Part shown: in pieces, positions 1 through 13,700 of the stretch | Layout of the letters: each line of letters opens with the position of its first letter | How positions within the stretch are numbered: position 1 is the first letter of the stretch | DNA from: Tubiluchus corallicola | Taxonomy: Eukaryota; Animalia; Priapulida | Direction: 5' to 3' | Assembly: GCA_030141605.1 (NCBI GenBank) | Contig: JAQGDQ010000235.1 | Location: 247,078-311,077 of the forward strand | DNA: 64,000 nt | Notes under the pieces: model-generated | Told to the model about the DNA's origin: nothing | Seen by the model: the letters and a program-made list of their open reading frames with translations, nothing else | Databases searched by the model: none | Made by a program: the position numbers and the translations under genes

Positions 1-830
1 TCCAGACACCCAGCAACATGAAACCCTCCTTCAACATGTAGTACCAGCTGCGCCATGGGAGGTTGTTGGAGCTAACATGTTTACATGTGGTCCAGATCAG
101 TATCTTATCATAGCTGATTACTATAGTAAGTACCCAGTAATTAGGAAGCTACGATTGCCATGCCCGAGTTTGACTTTAGTTAATGCAACGAAGCAAATAT
201 TCACTGAGCTCGGAATGCCAAGGAAGATTGTCAGTGATAATGGTCCACATTTTAGCGGAACAGCATACAAAAATTTCACAAACAGTCTGGGAATTGAACA
301 CACAACCAGCAGCCCACATTACCCAAGAAGTAACTGATACATCGAACGGCAGATACGAACTGTTAATAATGTAATACAGAAATCTGTTGAATCGGGAGAT
401 GTGGATTTAGCCGTCATGGTGCTGAGAACGACGCCTATCGACTCGAGACTACCAAGTCCAGCAGAGATGCTACTAGGATGGAAAATACGTGGAACATTGC
501 CAATAAAAGTATACAACAGGTTACAAAACAGAGATGATATTATGGAACAGCTGCTGAGAAGACAGGAAAGCTGCAACACGATAAACACTCAAAGGACCTC
601 ACACTATTAACCACAGGACAATGTATAATGATACAAAACACTGAGAATGACAGATGGTATCCTGCTAAGGTGATACAAAAATGTGTAGTGCCAAGATCCT
701 ATATAGTAAGGAAAGATGATGGGACAAAATTAAGAAGAAACAGACATCAGTTGAATGTGAGACAAAAGAGTAACCTTTGCAGAACCACCTATTCAGCAGA
801 TCACAAAAGGGGAACAGAGACCTGAGAAAC
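1..830 (+). mobile_element. Gypsy/Ty3 LTR retrotransposon integrase and C-terminal region (degenerate, cut by window start)
   Basis: Integrase motifs PWEVVGANMF, IADYYSKYP, IVSDNGPHF, TSSPHYPRSN*YIER, LRTTP..SPAEML and WYPAKV..PRSYIV..LRRNR. In-frame stop at about 335 and a frameshift near 600. Confidence 0.9.
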
Positions 831-1428
831 AGCAAACCTCTACGCAAGGTCATGATGAGACTTACAAAGGTATAATAAGAAAGGTGCATTACAATGTGAA
901 TGATAAACAAAATGAGGGTGAAGCTACAAATGGTTACAAGACAAGATATGGACGCACAATTCACAAACCAAGAAGATATATAGAGTAACTGAGCTAATGC
1001 ATTAAACAATTCGAAATCGTGCTGAAGAAACATATATTCATTGTGGTAATCAGTTCCCAAGTTTCATGCTTGAAAGTTTCAATTTTATGTTACCCAGTTT
1101 CATTATTAATCATACAGTTGATATAGTTATAAATTGATGTTTGAACAACATTTGTGTACCAGTAAGCCTAGCTTAAGCTGGAGATTTGAAGTATAGGTTA
1201 AAAGTTAAGGTAGTTAACCAGATCATAAGTTTTTTTGTTTTTAAGTGACTCTAAATGATAGAAAATTGAATATAAAATGTTACATATTTATAATATGTAT
1301 ATATAGTTTACATATAATATTTGGCAGTCATATAGGAAACAGCAAACAATGTCACAGTTGCTTAAATTTATTTTGAAAAGCATATACACAGTTTGTATAA
1401 CTAATAAGTAAACAGATTCTCTTCATTG

Positions 1429-1549
1429 TAGGAGGAGGATGTAGTGGACTATATTAAGTTGCGTATTGTTAGTGTGTTCAACAAGTCATGATGGACGGAA
1501 ATAAACATGTAACACAATTGTCTCTACCATCTAGTTTATTTTAGTGACA
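1429..1549 (+). repeat. Polypurine tract and probable short 3' LTR of the Gypsy element
   Basis: AGGAGGAGGA is directly followed by TGTAG.. at 1440, with AATAAA at about 1499 and possible ..ACA ends at 1516 or 1549. The partner LTR is outside the window, so the end is uncertain. Confidence 0.5.
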
Positions 1550-4500
1550 ACTTTGGCTTGAAAATACGACTAGTGACTGTTAAATTATAACAAAATAGAC
1601 AAAGTAATGCAAGTGTCACCAAACGGCATGATCAGCATAACGCCAACAGAAAATCTAACTACGTGTAAAAACAAGTGTGATTGATAGGTGGCGTATAGTA
1701 CTACAGCTTAGGTCACGTGATTAAGAATAGCTTCGTGTCAAACTATTTCAGGAAATGCATATTTGTAAAAGTACAAAATAAAACAAATAATTATAGAAGG
1801 CTAAATTAAATTCATTATAAATCAACAAATAGAATTAATAATCTCTCGTTTAACATTTTGGATTGGTTGTAATTGTAGTAGTTTGCAGCTACAAAATAGC
1901 CTGCTCAAGAACCTGATAGGTTTATTGTTCGTTTATAGTGCACGGTAGCCAAATTATTTCATGTTTAATTCAAAATTAGCATGCCAACGTGTGAGATGAT
2001 CACGATTGATAAATTGATTTTTGCTAATTACACGAGGCACTTATCACAACTTGATTATGGAAACTTTTTTTCAAGTATTAAATTACATTAAACTTCCTGA
2101 GAGCCTTGACTTTTCCCTGAGCTGGCAAATTTTTATCACTTCTCAGTTAGTGGAAAATGGTAGAAAATTCAAATATTCCTTATATGATTTCAGTAATTCA
2201 TTGGCAAAATCTATATTCGTCCTAATATATTACAGGGTTAGGTGATTTGATGTCAGGATTTATTAAGTGAAAAATGACAACAGCTTTACTTTAAACTAAG
2301 GAATAATATAATTACCGTTTTGAGAATTGTGAAAAAATTGTGCATACCTAATTTAAACTTATATTTATAAATTAAGTTGCTTGTATCAATGCTGTTATGG
2401 CTGCTGTAAGCAGTTTGATGTGGATGTGGCTTCACAAAATGTTTCGTGCCCAACTAGGGCCCATGTCTGGTAACAACCAATATCTAAAATTTATATAGCA
2501 ATGTCGTACACTGTAGTACACTGCATAAATAAAAACTTACAGTAAGAAACAATAGTCTGGAAAAATAAACAGGATTTCAATAAACATGGTTTTTAGGCTA
2601 TTTTGAGATTGGACAGATTTTTAGAGCAGTATGCCATGGTCGGTAATTCAAAATTTTTATTTCTATTTCTACTACTAGATAGATGAAAACGATGGTCCGT
2701 AGTATAATATTAAAGAAAGTAATTGTTCAGTGCCTGCACGGTTGCAAACTTGAATAGCTTTTTGCTTCCCATGCATACATTTGCATTTACATTGCTTCTT
2801 TGGGGCACTTGCACAAATGGTCCCATATTACCCAAAATACCAACCTGAAAATTAATACTGCTGCTCAAGCATTAAGCATCAGGTCCCTTATTACATCTGA
2901 TACAGAAAGAACTGGTTACCTGCCTGAGTGACTCAAACTTATTTTCCTGACCTTGTTTTGAACATTATTGAAGAAGATTATGGAAAAAACTATCTGCGGT
3001 ATACAAAAGAGAACAGATATGAAATAAGTATCTACTTATAAAGGGAGGCTAGAAAAAGACAGTTAATTATAGAAATTGTGATGCTAATTTACTAATAATC
3101 TCAGCAAGAAAATAGATTTTTTACTATAAAAAATGATTGTTACAGAAGGGTTGCATGTACTCACCATACACTGCACCAGTACTGGCAGGGATGGCATATT
3201 AACCCTATCAGGCTCAAATGCAGTAAAAAAAGGAAAATTCTACGATAAAAAGGTTAATAAAAGAAAAAGCAAGTACTGTACAAAAGTTTTAATGTTCCCT
3301 GCATACTTCCGAGTATCAAAATAAAAAAATGAATCATTTAGAGAACTAATTGAAACTCTATAACTAATTGTAGTGATGTTAACTGAAGCCCATTTAACAG
3401 AAAATGAAGAGATTAATATACCAATATATTGTATTTTTATAGTAATAGGGCTAAAGGTCAGAAGAGGTTTTTTTGACAGCTATAAGAAGTGAATCCGTTA
3501 ACAACCGACATTAGGTGCTTTGTGTTCCCATGCAGGGACATGCTATAAAATTCTTTGTGAATAAGTAAAAAATATGGTGCTATACTGATACTTGGATATT
3601 AGCAAAACATTAGCGTAAAATTTTGCCTGGTCATTCCAGTATAGCAATATAACAATATAGCAATTGTATTTTTATGTTACATCAAAAGAAAAGTGCCAGT
3701 ATACTGAATCTAACCATTTCAAGTTATTATCCAATTCTCATAATTAATATTATGTATAATTAAAGAATTATAGTATTGCTGTAATGGCAAATCCTTGCAC
3801 TTGTAATTGATACCGACAGATTACATTTTTGGGTGATGGTCTCATCTGTACAAAAACGCAGGTCGTGTTTCATGCTCCCATGCGGAAATATTGGGCTTAC
3901 AACCACTGAAGCACTAAACGTACGAGAAGAGAAGACAATTACTAAAAGGATGTAAATAATTATTTTTTTCTACTTGTCATAATAGACAAGGTATTTGAAT
4001 TCAGTTAGCCTGTGGAACTACAGATCTCTAAGCATACACATTTCCTCATTGTTTTAATGAGCAAAATTCGAGCATTAATACCATATTGCAAGAAATTTTG
4101 AACATTTAGTTGACAAGATAGTAGTGCATGGTTCATAACCCATTAAAAGTTTTTACTTTTGTGTTACATTTAAATTTTGAGCAGTTTTTGTGTGCTTGTT
4201 TTTGCAAAGATCTTGATGCAGTATTTAGACCTACATGCTGGCAAGTAGCCAAACACTGACCGTGCATAATAAATTCATAGAGCCTAACAGTTGCTGATTT
4301 ATTATTTTCTTGCAAGTTTATTAGCTCAGGAAAGCAGTGTAAAATATTTGTATCAAAACTGTTTAAATAATTATATACAGGAGTTATATAAAGAGCATTA
4401 TAATTTGCAACCGAAAAATTTTCGGATCTTTTTGATAGTTTTACTTATTTATTTTTTTAAATGCATGTACATTCTTGACATGTGTTTCTGCCTTTTTAAG

Positions 4501-4725
4501 CCATGGAGTTAAAAAAGAGATTTGCATCACAATCAATGAAACGGTCGATGGTGATCGATGGTAACGGTATGTTGCAACCTTACTGTGGTGGAAAAGTCCC
4601 ATATTACGAGGATCCATCGTTTAAGCAGCCATTCTTTTGTTCTGAAATACAAAGGTGTCCTAATGGCTACATGTGTGAAAAGGAAATCTTCGATGATATT
4701 GCGATTAGTGTCTGTTGTCCTAAAG
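4501..4725 (+). CDS. Exon: basic leader plus Lustrin-type Cys-rich repeat 1 (phase 1-1)
   Basis: ctttttaag| ... |gtaatg; MELKKRFASQSMKRSMVIDGNGMLQPYCGGKVPYYEDPSFKQPFFCSEIQRCPNGYMCEKEIFDDIAISVCCPK. Confidence 0.9.
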
Positions 4726-7700
4726 GTAATGTTCTCTTCATATAATTTTTTTCATTGTAAATTAGAAGATTCTTACATTTATTTGCCTGAATAATTTTAA
4801 ACTGTATTAAAAAACAATCTACTCTTTAAAAGATCCAAAGGAAACATATCATTTTTTTCAAAAACGACTTGCGTGAGAGAATTGTTACCATACAAACACA
4901 ATTTCCCATTCGCTCCATTAGTTCCTTGCTGTTACATGCATTTCGCCATTCACTAGTTAGATGGGCACTAGCATCGGCATTTTGGAAATGCATTGAACAA
5001 AAAACAGGTGCTGTGCTTCTCAGTTCAGGTGTGTTAGTTTCCGACGAACTACACACATTCGACAGCTCATGCTTGAGCACAGTGGTAATTTGAAATTTCA
5101 ATTTTTCTCTAAAAGCTGGCTTGTCTTAGTATGACACACTGAATATGTTACTACTGTACTGAACTTCAACTTTCGTTTTTGCAAACACGCTCATGGAATT
5201 TTCGTATTGCTTAAAATTATGTTGGTTTGTGATGTCATTAATAGATGGTGATCCTGTGTTGAGCCTTTACTGTGGTGGAAAAGTCCCATATTACGAGGAT
5301 CCATCTAAGCAGCCATTCTTTTGTTCTGAAATACAAAGGTGTCCTAATGGCTACATGTGTAAAATGGAAGTCTTCGATGATATTGCGATTAATGTCTGTT
5401 GTCCTAAAGGTAATGTTCTCTTCATATAATTTTTTTCATTGTAAATTAAGATTCTTACATTTATTTGCCTGAATAATTTTAAACTGTATGTCAAAACAAT
5501 CTACTCTTTAAAATATCCATAGGAAACATATCATTTTTTTTTCAAAAACGACTTACGTGAGAGAATTGTTACCATACCAACACAATTTCCCATTCGCTCC
5601 ATTAGTTCCTTGCTGTTACATGCATTTCGCCATTCACTAGTTAGATGGGCACTAGCGTCGGCATTTTGGAAATGCATTGAACAAAAAACAGGTGCTGTGC
5701 TTCTCAGTTCAGGTGTGTTAGTTTCTGACGAACTACACACATTCGACAGCGCATGCTTGAGCACAGGGGTAATTTGAAATTTCAATTTTTCTCTAAAAGC
5801 TGGCTTGTTTTAGTATGACACACTGAATATGTTACTACTGTACTGTACTTCAACTTTCATTTTCGCAAACACGCTCATGGAATTTTCTTATTGCTGAAAA
5901 TTATGTTGGTTTGTGATGTCATTAATAGTTGGGCTTGCCAATCTATAATTTAATCATCAAAAACGCTTTTGCACTGTTTGTTTTCTCCAGCCATAATAAT
6001 AAAGTGATATGAACTACTGGTTCAGAAAATTCTTCTGCTTTTTTATAAGCTTGTGTTTTTTCCATTGCCAATCTAAAAATATTAACACGTTTTATAGCTT
6101 TCTGATTCTATATATTGTTAATTTCCAACCTTACAATTCAATTTATCCCCTTATATTGGCTTTTTCTATAATGATATATGAGTAAGACTGATTTTTATCA
6201 GGTTTCCTATATAAAAACAAAGTAATTTTCCCAGGTAATTTGAGTTTTATTTGGTAAGCATTAAGTGATAAGACACAATAAGATAATTAAAGTGTAAAAC
6301 AAGGGTCTTGAGGTAAAGTAATTTTCTTTTGATCTGATTACATAAGTAATATAGACTAATCAGTTGCAAATGAATAGGGTGTTAGCTGTTTATCCAAAAC
6401 TTAATTTAGTTTCTTTCAAGTCATCTGTTGTTATTGTTGCTATTATGGTATGTTTCTTTAGCCTCCATTTGGCCACACAAAGGCCTGATCTAACTGCACT
6501 CTCTTGAGTGTCCAAATCGTATCATTTTTAATCTTGTTTTCTGCCACTTGTGCAACAATTATGTTTTTGCAGCTTTAACAATTTTAAGTTCTTAAAAAAT
6601 TAATTAGTCAACTCCTCACAAGTCTGTTTAGTAATAATCTGAGTTATGCCTGAGTTATATCGAAACAGTATTTGACACATATTTTGCTTTGGACTTGATT
6701 TTGAACATCGAAATGTATTACACATTACAGTCCACCCTCGTTAAACCGGACTAATTGGAGTGGTGGGTGGTCCGGTTTAGCCGATTGTCCGATATATCCG
6801 ATATGCCTATATATGGTCTATATTATACAGGAATAATCACCTTAATAAGGCCTATATACATTGCACTATATACTATACTGTATATTACTTTAAAGTAGTT
6901 AACCTGTGAGGATAAAGAAATTATTGTACAGTTGGTAGGCCGTGTTGTGTTTACCGCTCGGGCTCGGATGGAAATCGGTCAGTTTCCTTTACCACGGATG
7001 ACGTCCGTCTTATCCGATATCCAGGCTAATGGTGTCCGGTTTAACGAGGGTCGACTGTACTTGGATCTTAGGTTCTTCATTTACAACAAAAGTCTGTAAA
7101 AACTTTAAAAAACATGTTTAAAGGCAGCTAGTACGGATATTTTCTGTCTGAAATCGCACATCTTGCCTTCCTAAATAAAAAAAATTGGTAATTAATAAGT
7201 GAATCAGTTTTTACATGTCATTTTTCTTTTTTCAGTAATTTCCTATGCAGAGCTGTGTAATGGCCAAGAACCAGAACTTGACCCAGCCACAAACAGACCA
7301 ATCGATTGTAAAAGAGAAAAATGTCCTTCAGGTTCTGAGTGTAAAATTAGTTGGGGTTCAGTTGGGGTACAGGTGCTCCACACATGCTGTCCTAGAGGTA
7401 ATTTTATTGTCGTTTTTTTATGTTGTTGTTGCAGTTACCGATATCGTTGTTGCTGTTGCTGGTATTGCTGTTGCTCTTACTGTAGTCCGTGTGCATCCCT
7501 TACCAGTATAGAACTTCAGTTGATAAGGGTATCCGATTTTGCAAGCTAAAACTCAAAATCTATAACCATATATCACTGATTTATTTTTATAACATCTTTG
7601 CACGATGCACTATGACTCTTCACCGAGACCCAACTGAAAAATGTCAAACTGTAATAGTTTTTGAAAAGTAGAGCACAGGGCCTCGTGGCACACAATTTCA

Positions 7701-10700
7701 GTTATTAGGTGATAAATAATTTCCCAGCTTTAGATTTACAATTCCTTTTTACAAAAAATTCCTAATCAAACCTAATATGTTTCCAGTAATGCTCCCCTTC
7801 AATAATTTGAGCAATAGTCCTTTACTCCATACATTGTCAAATGCCCTTTCAAACTCTATACAAATCGCCATTGTTTTCTCGCTATCATGCTGATGTTCTG
7901 TTAATACCGATATGAAACGTAGCAAACACCGATCTGTGTTGTGTGCTGGTAAAAAGCCCTCTTGTTCTGCTTCTATGAGATTGTTGTTCTGAAGCTGTTT
8001 TAATAGACTTGCAGCAATTATATACTCTACAACTTTTCCAGAGTATGACAAAGTCTGATAGGCCTATAGTGATCAGGTGAGTTGTACGCTGGTTTGCCTT
8101 GCTTTTAAGGAAAATTGCTTTCTATCTATTCCACATCCATTGTCTCTTTTTTAGACATAGATTTGCTCATTGTAAGATGACCAATTTGACCCAGAGAACA
8201 AAGATGCTTCAGCATAAGTGGGTGTTGAATGTTTACATCTAAACTTTTACTTGCTGTGGGTGTTTGCTTGATTCCTGTTACCAGTTCATTCACTGCAAAG
8301 TCTCTGTTTAATGTCTCATTTCTGGACTCAAAAAATTGGTTTTCTTTTTAGTGGAGCTTGCTTTCTGTGTAAAGTTTCCATGCGTCATCGTAATCTGCAT
8401 CATCGGCCCTATTCTGATTGAAAAACGTTTTAAAGAGCACTTTGTACTTGCTAGCACTGTCTATGTGGTATTAATTGTCATGACACAAGATGTTTGCTAA
8501 AAACTTTTCTAAAACTTCTAAAAAAAATTTGAACCATGAGTCTGCTGATTCCCGTAATGCATCGCCAAACCAGGTTTTTTTCTTTAGGTAGATGTATTTA
8601 TTGTAAGGAATTGAATGTCGCAAAGGTCGTTTTCTGGTTATAAGTACATCTTCTGAGAGAACTGACAAATCAGGTGTCCAAAATGGCTTTAGAGTTGCTG
8701 CAAATTCTTTTGTTCTGTAACAACTATTCATTTGTTACATTTACCAGTCTAATGAAGAGAGACCACACTTCAAAGAAATTTTCGTTGCTAATGTGTTCAA
8801 AGAATTTTGCACTCAAGGAACTTGACCAGTTATACCAAGAGCTGTTTTCGAAATTGTACACCATTTTCACAACCCTTGATAACTTGCTCTATCTTACAAA
8901 TTCCTTAATGAATGTAATGGGACATTGTCCCATTAGAGAGGCACGGCTAAAAAAACTCATTACGTCTTTATCCACTTTCTGGTTGCTTAGATTATGTGAT
9001 TTAATAGCGATACCTATCATGCTGTTTCTGCTATGTGATACAAAAGAATACTCTTTTGGTGCAACTATGGGTTATTGGTTCTGACAGCATCTAACATCTT
9101 GCCAAAGTTATTTGTTTTACGTTTAAAATCACCTACTACTAACATGTCTGATATACCATGTGTACATTATACACTAAAACATCTTTCATATGGTTTGGAG
9201 AGTCAGGGGTACATTAACAGATCCTGCAATGAATTTACAATTGTTTACCTGCATCACTGCCCACACTGAGTCAGTTAAATTATCTTCATCCTGTTAATCT
9301 ACAGGAGCTGTGGCAGTCGTTAACAAAAACTGCACAACCACCAGAGTTGAGATGCTTAATTTTGCTATATTTGCAAAATACGTCAGCTTTAGTTTCTTGG
9401 ATAGCTACCAGGTCTATGTTATTGAAGTTTATGTAGGTATCAACAGCCATTTTCAAGCTCGTTGAAATGTAACTTATGTTGATTTGTAGTAGACAAAAAA
9501 TATGCTCAAGTGTTGTTGATTGTCATTGCTGGGAGTTGTTGTTGGAATAATAACCATGGTTTAGGGTGTTTAAATGATTTGTTTCATTAATTGTGTGCAT
9601 TTTCTACCCAGGCAGTGTGTGACTCACCACAGTTACCACATGTGACGGTTCCTGAATTGCATTCATCAGTCTGATGCTTACCTGCACATTTGCCACATCT
9701 TATACCACAACTACACCCCTGCGCAATATGTTTATATTCTTGACCCTTGAAGCATCACAGTCGCTTTCATTTAGGTAAAAACTCTTCTATGGGACACATC
9801 ATTTGACCTACTGATTTAATGCTTTTTCTGAGTTGGCGGTTCTGCAATTAAATATTTTCACCAGAGGCAAGTACTTCTCATCCTTGTGTTTGAAAAGCTC
9901 AGTTTCTGTGTCAGTAAAATGTTTGCCAATGTCTTTTTGCACATCGTTATCTAGACTAGTGTCGCAATGCTTTTTGAGACCGATTTTTCTGACGCAAGCA
10001 CTGCCACCATGAAAAACGGGCTTCCATTTTCTAATCATATTATTAGCTGTAGTTTTGTCTGGCAGTTAGAGTTGAATCTTTTTGTCTAGCTGTCCTAAAG
10101 GCAAGTTTAAACTTGGTTCTAGAATAATGTGCGTACAGGTTCTTTTTAATGTTTATCCTCCAATTCAATAGATTTTTGGCACTCACACTTTCAATTGTAA
10201 CAATTTTTTCTGGGTAATATGCAGGAGTGGGAAGGCGAGTTGGAACATTCATTTTTGTCGCTTCTGCATAGGACACTTTCTGCAACTTTTTTGCTATATT
10301 ACCATTTTCGACTGTATATGTACACCTTTTTTTCTAAATTTGTTATCATTTCTTTGACACTATCAAGTTTTCTCACTGTTTTCATTATCCTTGCATTACA
10401 CCTATCACTGCATTTAATTCGCAAATATCTTTTAAATTTGTCACTAATTGACCAGGCAGAGCTTTTTAGTTCTGTGAGTGAGCTGCATTCTACATGACAA
10501 GAATCTGAGTGTACCCCTTCACCATTGTTGACGATACTATCTTCATCAGTATTATCACATGGTTGGCATATGGGCGAGTCGAGGAAACTCCACAGTTTAC
10601 CATTTTAACTTGTTCTTGAGCTGCTGTTGTCATGTCGATGAGAGTGTTTAGAATAGCAGTGTGCACTGTACATACTATAGCTATAATAAGTCTGGCATCA

Positions 10701-13700
10701 AGTGGAGAAGCTGTTTTCTGCCAATTTCGCAAGTTTCTTTTGTTGAATAGTTGTTGTCTACTAGAATAAGCGGATACTGAGATGACAACCTTTCAATTTC
10801 TGTACTTTAAATTGGTACACCAGTTAATGTAATTGTTTACCAATTAGATGTGAATAGGCTTTATGCCTTTTTATGCTATACACAGACAATATATATTACT
10901 AAATTTTCTCAATAATTTTTCGAAATTCACTTTTGATTTAAAAGCAGTTTCAAATACCTATTTGCAATTATCACAGAGAAGACCACCAGTATTAGGCGAA
11001 TCCACTGATATGTAGTTTATACACTTTCAAGTCCATATAAGTTAGACAAAGCATGTGAATTAACAGGAGCACAATTTCACAACCACATAACAGTCGCGCA
11101 TCACGCAATTCAGTATGCAGGATCGAAGTTTAATTGATTTTGCCCAAAATGTGCTCAAATTGAAAAGGGGGTACTTTTAGGGACGCCCTGCAAAAATGGC
11201 TCCAACAAAAAAAACTTAAGCGTGATCTCTTTCACGAACTAATGAAAACATGAGCATTTTTTGTAACAGTATAACATACGGCAATACACAGCTGCAGCTA
11301 AATGTCCCAAAACAAACAGCCACAAGTAGATTATACAGGTGTGTCAAAAATAACTCATGCTGACTAGGCACTTATTAGAGCTTGATTGAAGATGATTGAC
11401 TTTTTGCTTGACGTTAATTATAACAACTGGGTTCTGTGCTCTTAAATAAACAGCAATCAGTCCCAGCATGCTCAATAGCTGTGTAGTGCTAATCAATATT
11501 GTTTTATGAATATTAGTTTACTGGCAGCAAATGTCAAAAGTTTGACAGCGTGCAAACAGTTTTGCGAATAAGCGAATTACTGCCTACAGCCAACTGTAAA
11601 ATTAAATGCAATTTTAAAAAATACCAAAAACTTACGCTGTTATTTTTTTCGTTTTTCTGATGTTACATTCAAAAGGCATAATAACATCAAGTCTGTTTAG
11701 AGTACTGCTCGTGTACAGGGGACAATGCTTGCTGTTGTCACATTCTGCCAACTCACACCCAGTTGCAACAAAAATTACCATGAGTGCTAATAATAGCGTG
11801 CACTAATAAGCTGTATAAGAATCTTGGGGGTCCTAGAAATCCAGTATAATGAACAATAACGAGTTTTTTCCAGGTTCTGCTTTGTTGAATTATCGCTTGA
11901 AAGTTATAATAATGCTACAGGAAATTAGACTTTGTCAATAATCTATTTTCAGTACGTCTTTAAATGCACTATTTTTAATGGTTCAGAACAATAACTGGTG
12001 ACTTCTTCACCAAGCAGCTGTGTGGCTTAGTAAGTATATCAACAGGCTTTGGTGAACATCTGTGCCCTCTATTCATTGCTGTTCTAGTATAATGATATTT
12101 TTTCTTATTATTAATTTCTAGACCACTGGGGTCAATAAGCAGGCTGTCTGGAAAACATATTTATATACGTATGTCCAGTTTGTTCATTTAGTTATGTCTG
12201 TCATAAATACGTTGATACAGTATGCGGCTTTAAGATTGTAGATTGTATAAGAGCTTTAATAATTATTGGTTTATTTCATAATTAGCCAGTAATGATGAAA
12301 TTAAAATGTTATGTAATAAATAAGTTCCATTAGAACCACTATAGTCTTGTTAGTTGTATGATAGCTGGATTCACCTGAAAGAGGGTCACACTTGTTTCTT
12401 AAATCTTTTGTTATGTTTGGGATGCTTTACTTCTGGCTATGCTGTCATTTGATTATCTATATTATATAGCTTCTGAAATTAGTCTGTGCAAGAACGGGAC
12501 TGAACCATATTTTCACCCAGCAACTAAAGAAGTGTTACAGTGTCAATCTGCTGAGAACTGCCCAATTCATTACACATGTGAAACTGTGGAGTCTAAAGGC
12601 ACTACTTCTTCAGCCTGCTGTCCAAAACGTAAGCTGGCACCTATTCTTATTTACTATCTTATTTCTTATTAAACGTAAAATATGCTAGTCATAACGAATA
12701 TGTCAAAACTCGCTTGATCTTTTATTTAGTCTTTGGCTTCATGTTTTTGTTGAGAATTGATATTATCTACAAAATCTGGCTTTTCAAACAACAGAAGTAA
12801 AAAACATTTTCATTTGTTTAATATTTTTTGCTGTACATTGAAAGACAAATTTCATCATATCAAAAAACAATTTTTCCTGCCAGCCAAAATGCGACTCGCA
12901 TGACTTGTACCTAAGTGCTATACATCACTAGATTAAGAGTCAGCTTTTTTAACTGATTTATGCTCTTAAGAGTCATTGATGCCAGGGATGGCACAGACAA
13001 CATTGCATTGTTTTTGTTTATCCAAGCTGTGTGTGTGCTGTTGTCGTGCCTACACACACATTCTTTCTGCCACCCAAAAATTTTAAAAGATTAAGTTTGT
13101 GCCATGATGGTTTACTTCTGAAATACATAAAATGTAGCCATGTCACAAATGGCCAATGTTATCCAATTTACAAATATCGTTTTTTGACTGAGTTGGGGGT
13201 TACATTTGTTTGGTGAAGAACATGGAAAAAATGTGCTCCTAAAAATTCTTTGATTTTTTTTATTTTATGTGATGATCAAACCCATAGTAATAGATATTCT
13301 ATAAATGCTGAGCGACGCTGATGCTGGTTTTTATTTTTATAATGATAACCAGTTTTGTAGTATGACTCGAATTGCAGTTTGCTTTAGACTCAGACTCGAC
13401 TTGGACTCGGGTGTTAGTGACTTGAGACTTAACTTGGATTTATAATAAACGACTCGTGACTTAACTTGTACTCAAAATAATGACCCAAAACTTGTCTATA
13501 CTGCACAGACAATAAAACATATAATAATTCATTGCGTTATAAACTTATATTTTACTTACTAAAACATTCAAATCCATCATTGATCGCTGCTTGTTGTCTG
13601 TGACCACATTTTTATATTCTGCCTAAAGTGAAAGTCTTAGTTCTTAGATGCATCGGGTGTGTTTGCGATTACGTTCAGTATGAATTTATGATATTGACTG

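Noticed and set aside
1550-4500. Search for the signal-peptide first exon or promoter of the Cys-rich gene
   Set aside because: No convincing ATG plus hydrophobic stretch plus phase-1 donor found; it may lie upstream of the window.
4826-5785. Paired ORFs 4826-5101 and 5531-5785 (-) and 4869-5093 (+)
   Set aside because: They fall in the intronic part of the tandem duplication; the similarity reflects recent duplication, and no domain or splice support was found.
7398-7549. Cys-rich ORF tail CCCCSYRYRCCCCWYCCCSYC resembling a metallothionein or keratin-associated protein
   Set aside because: It lies past the splice donor at 7397 and is the translation of a degenerate (TGT/TGC)n intronic repeat.
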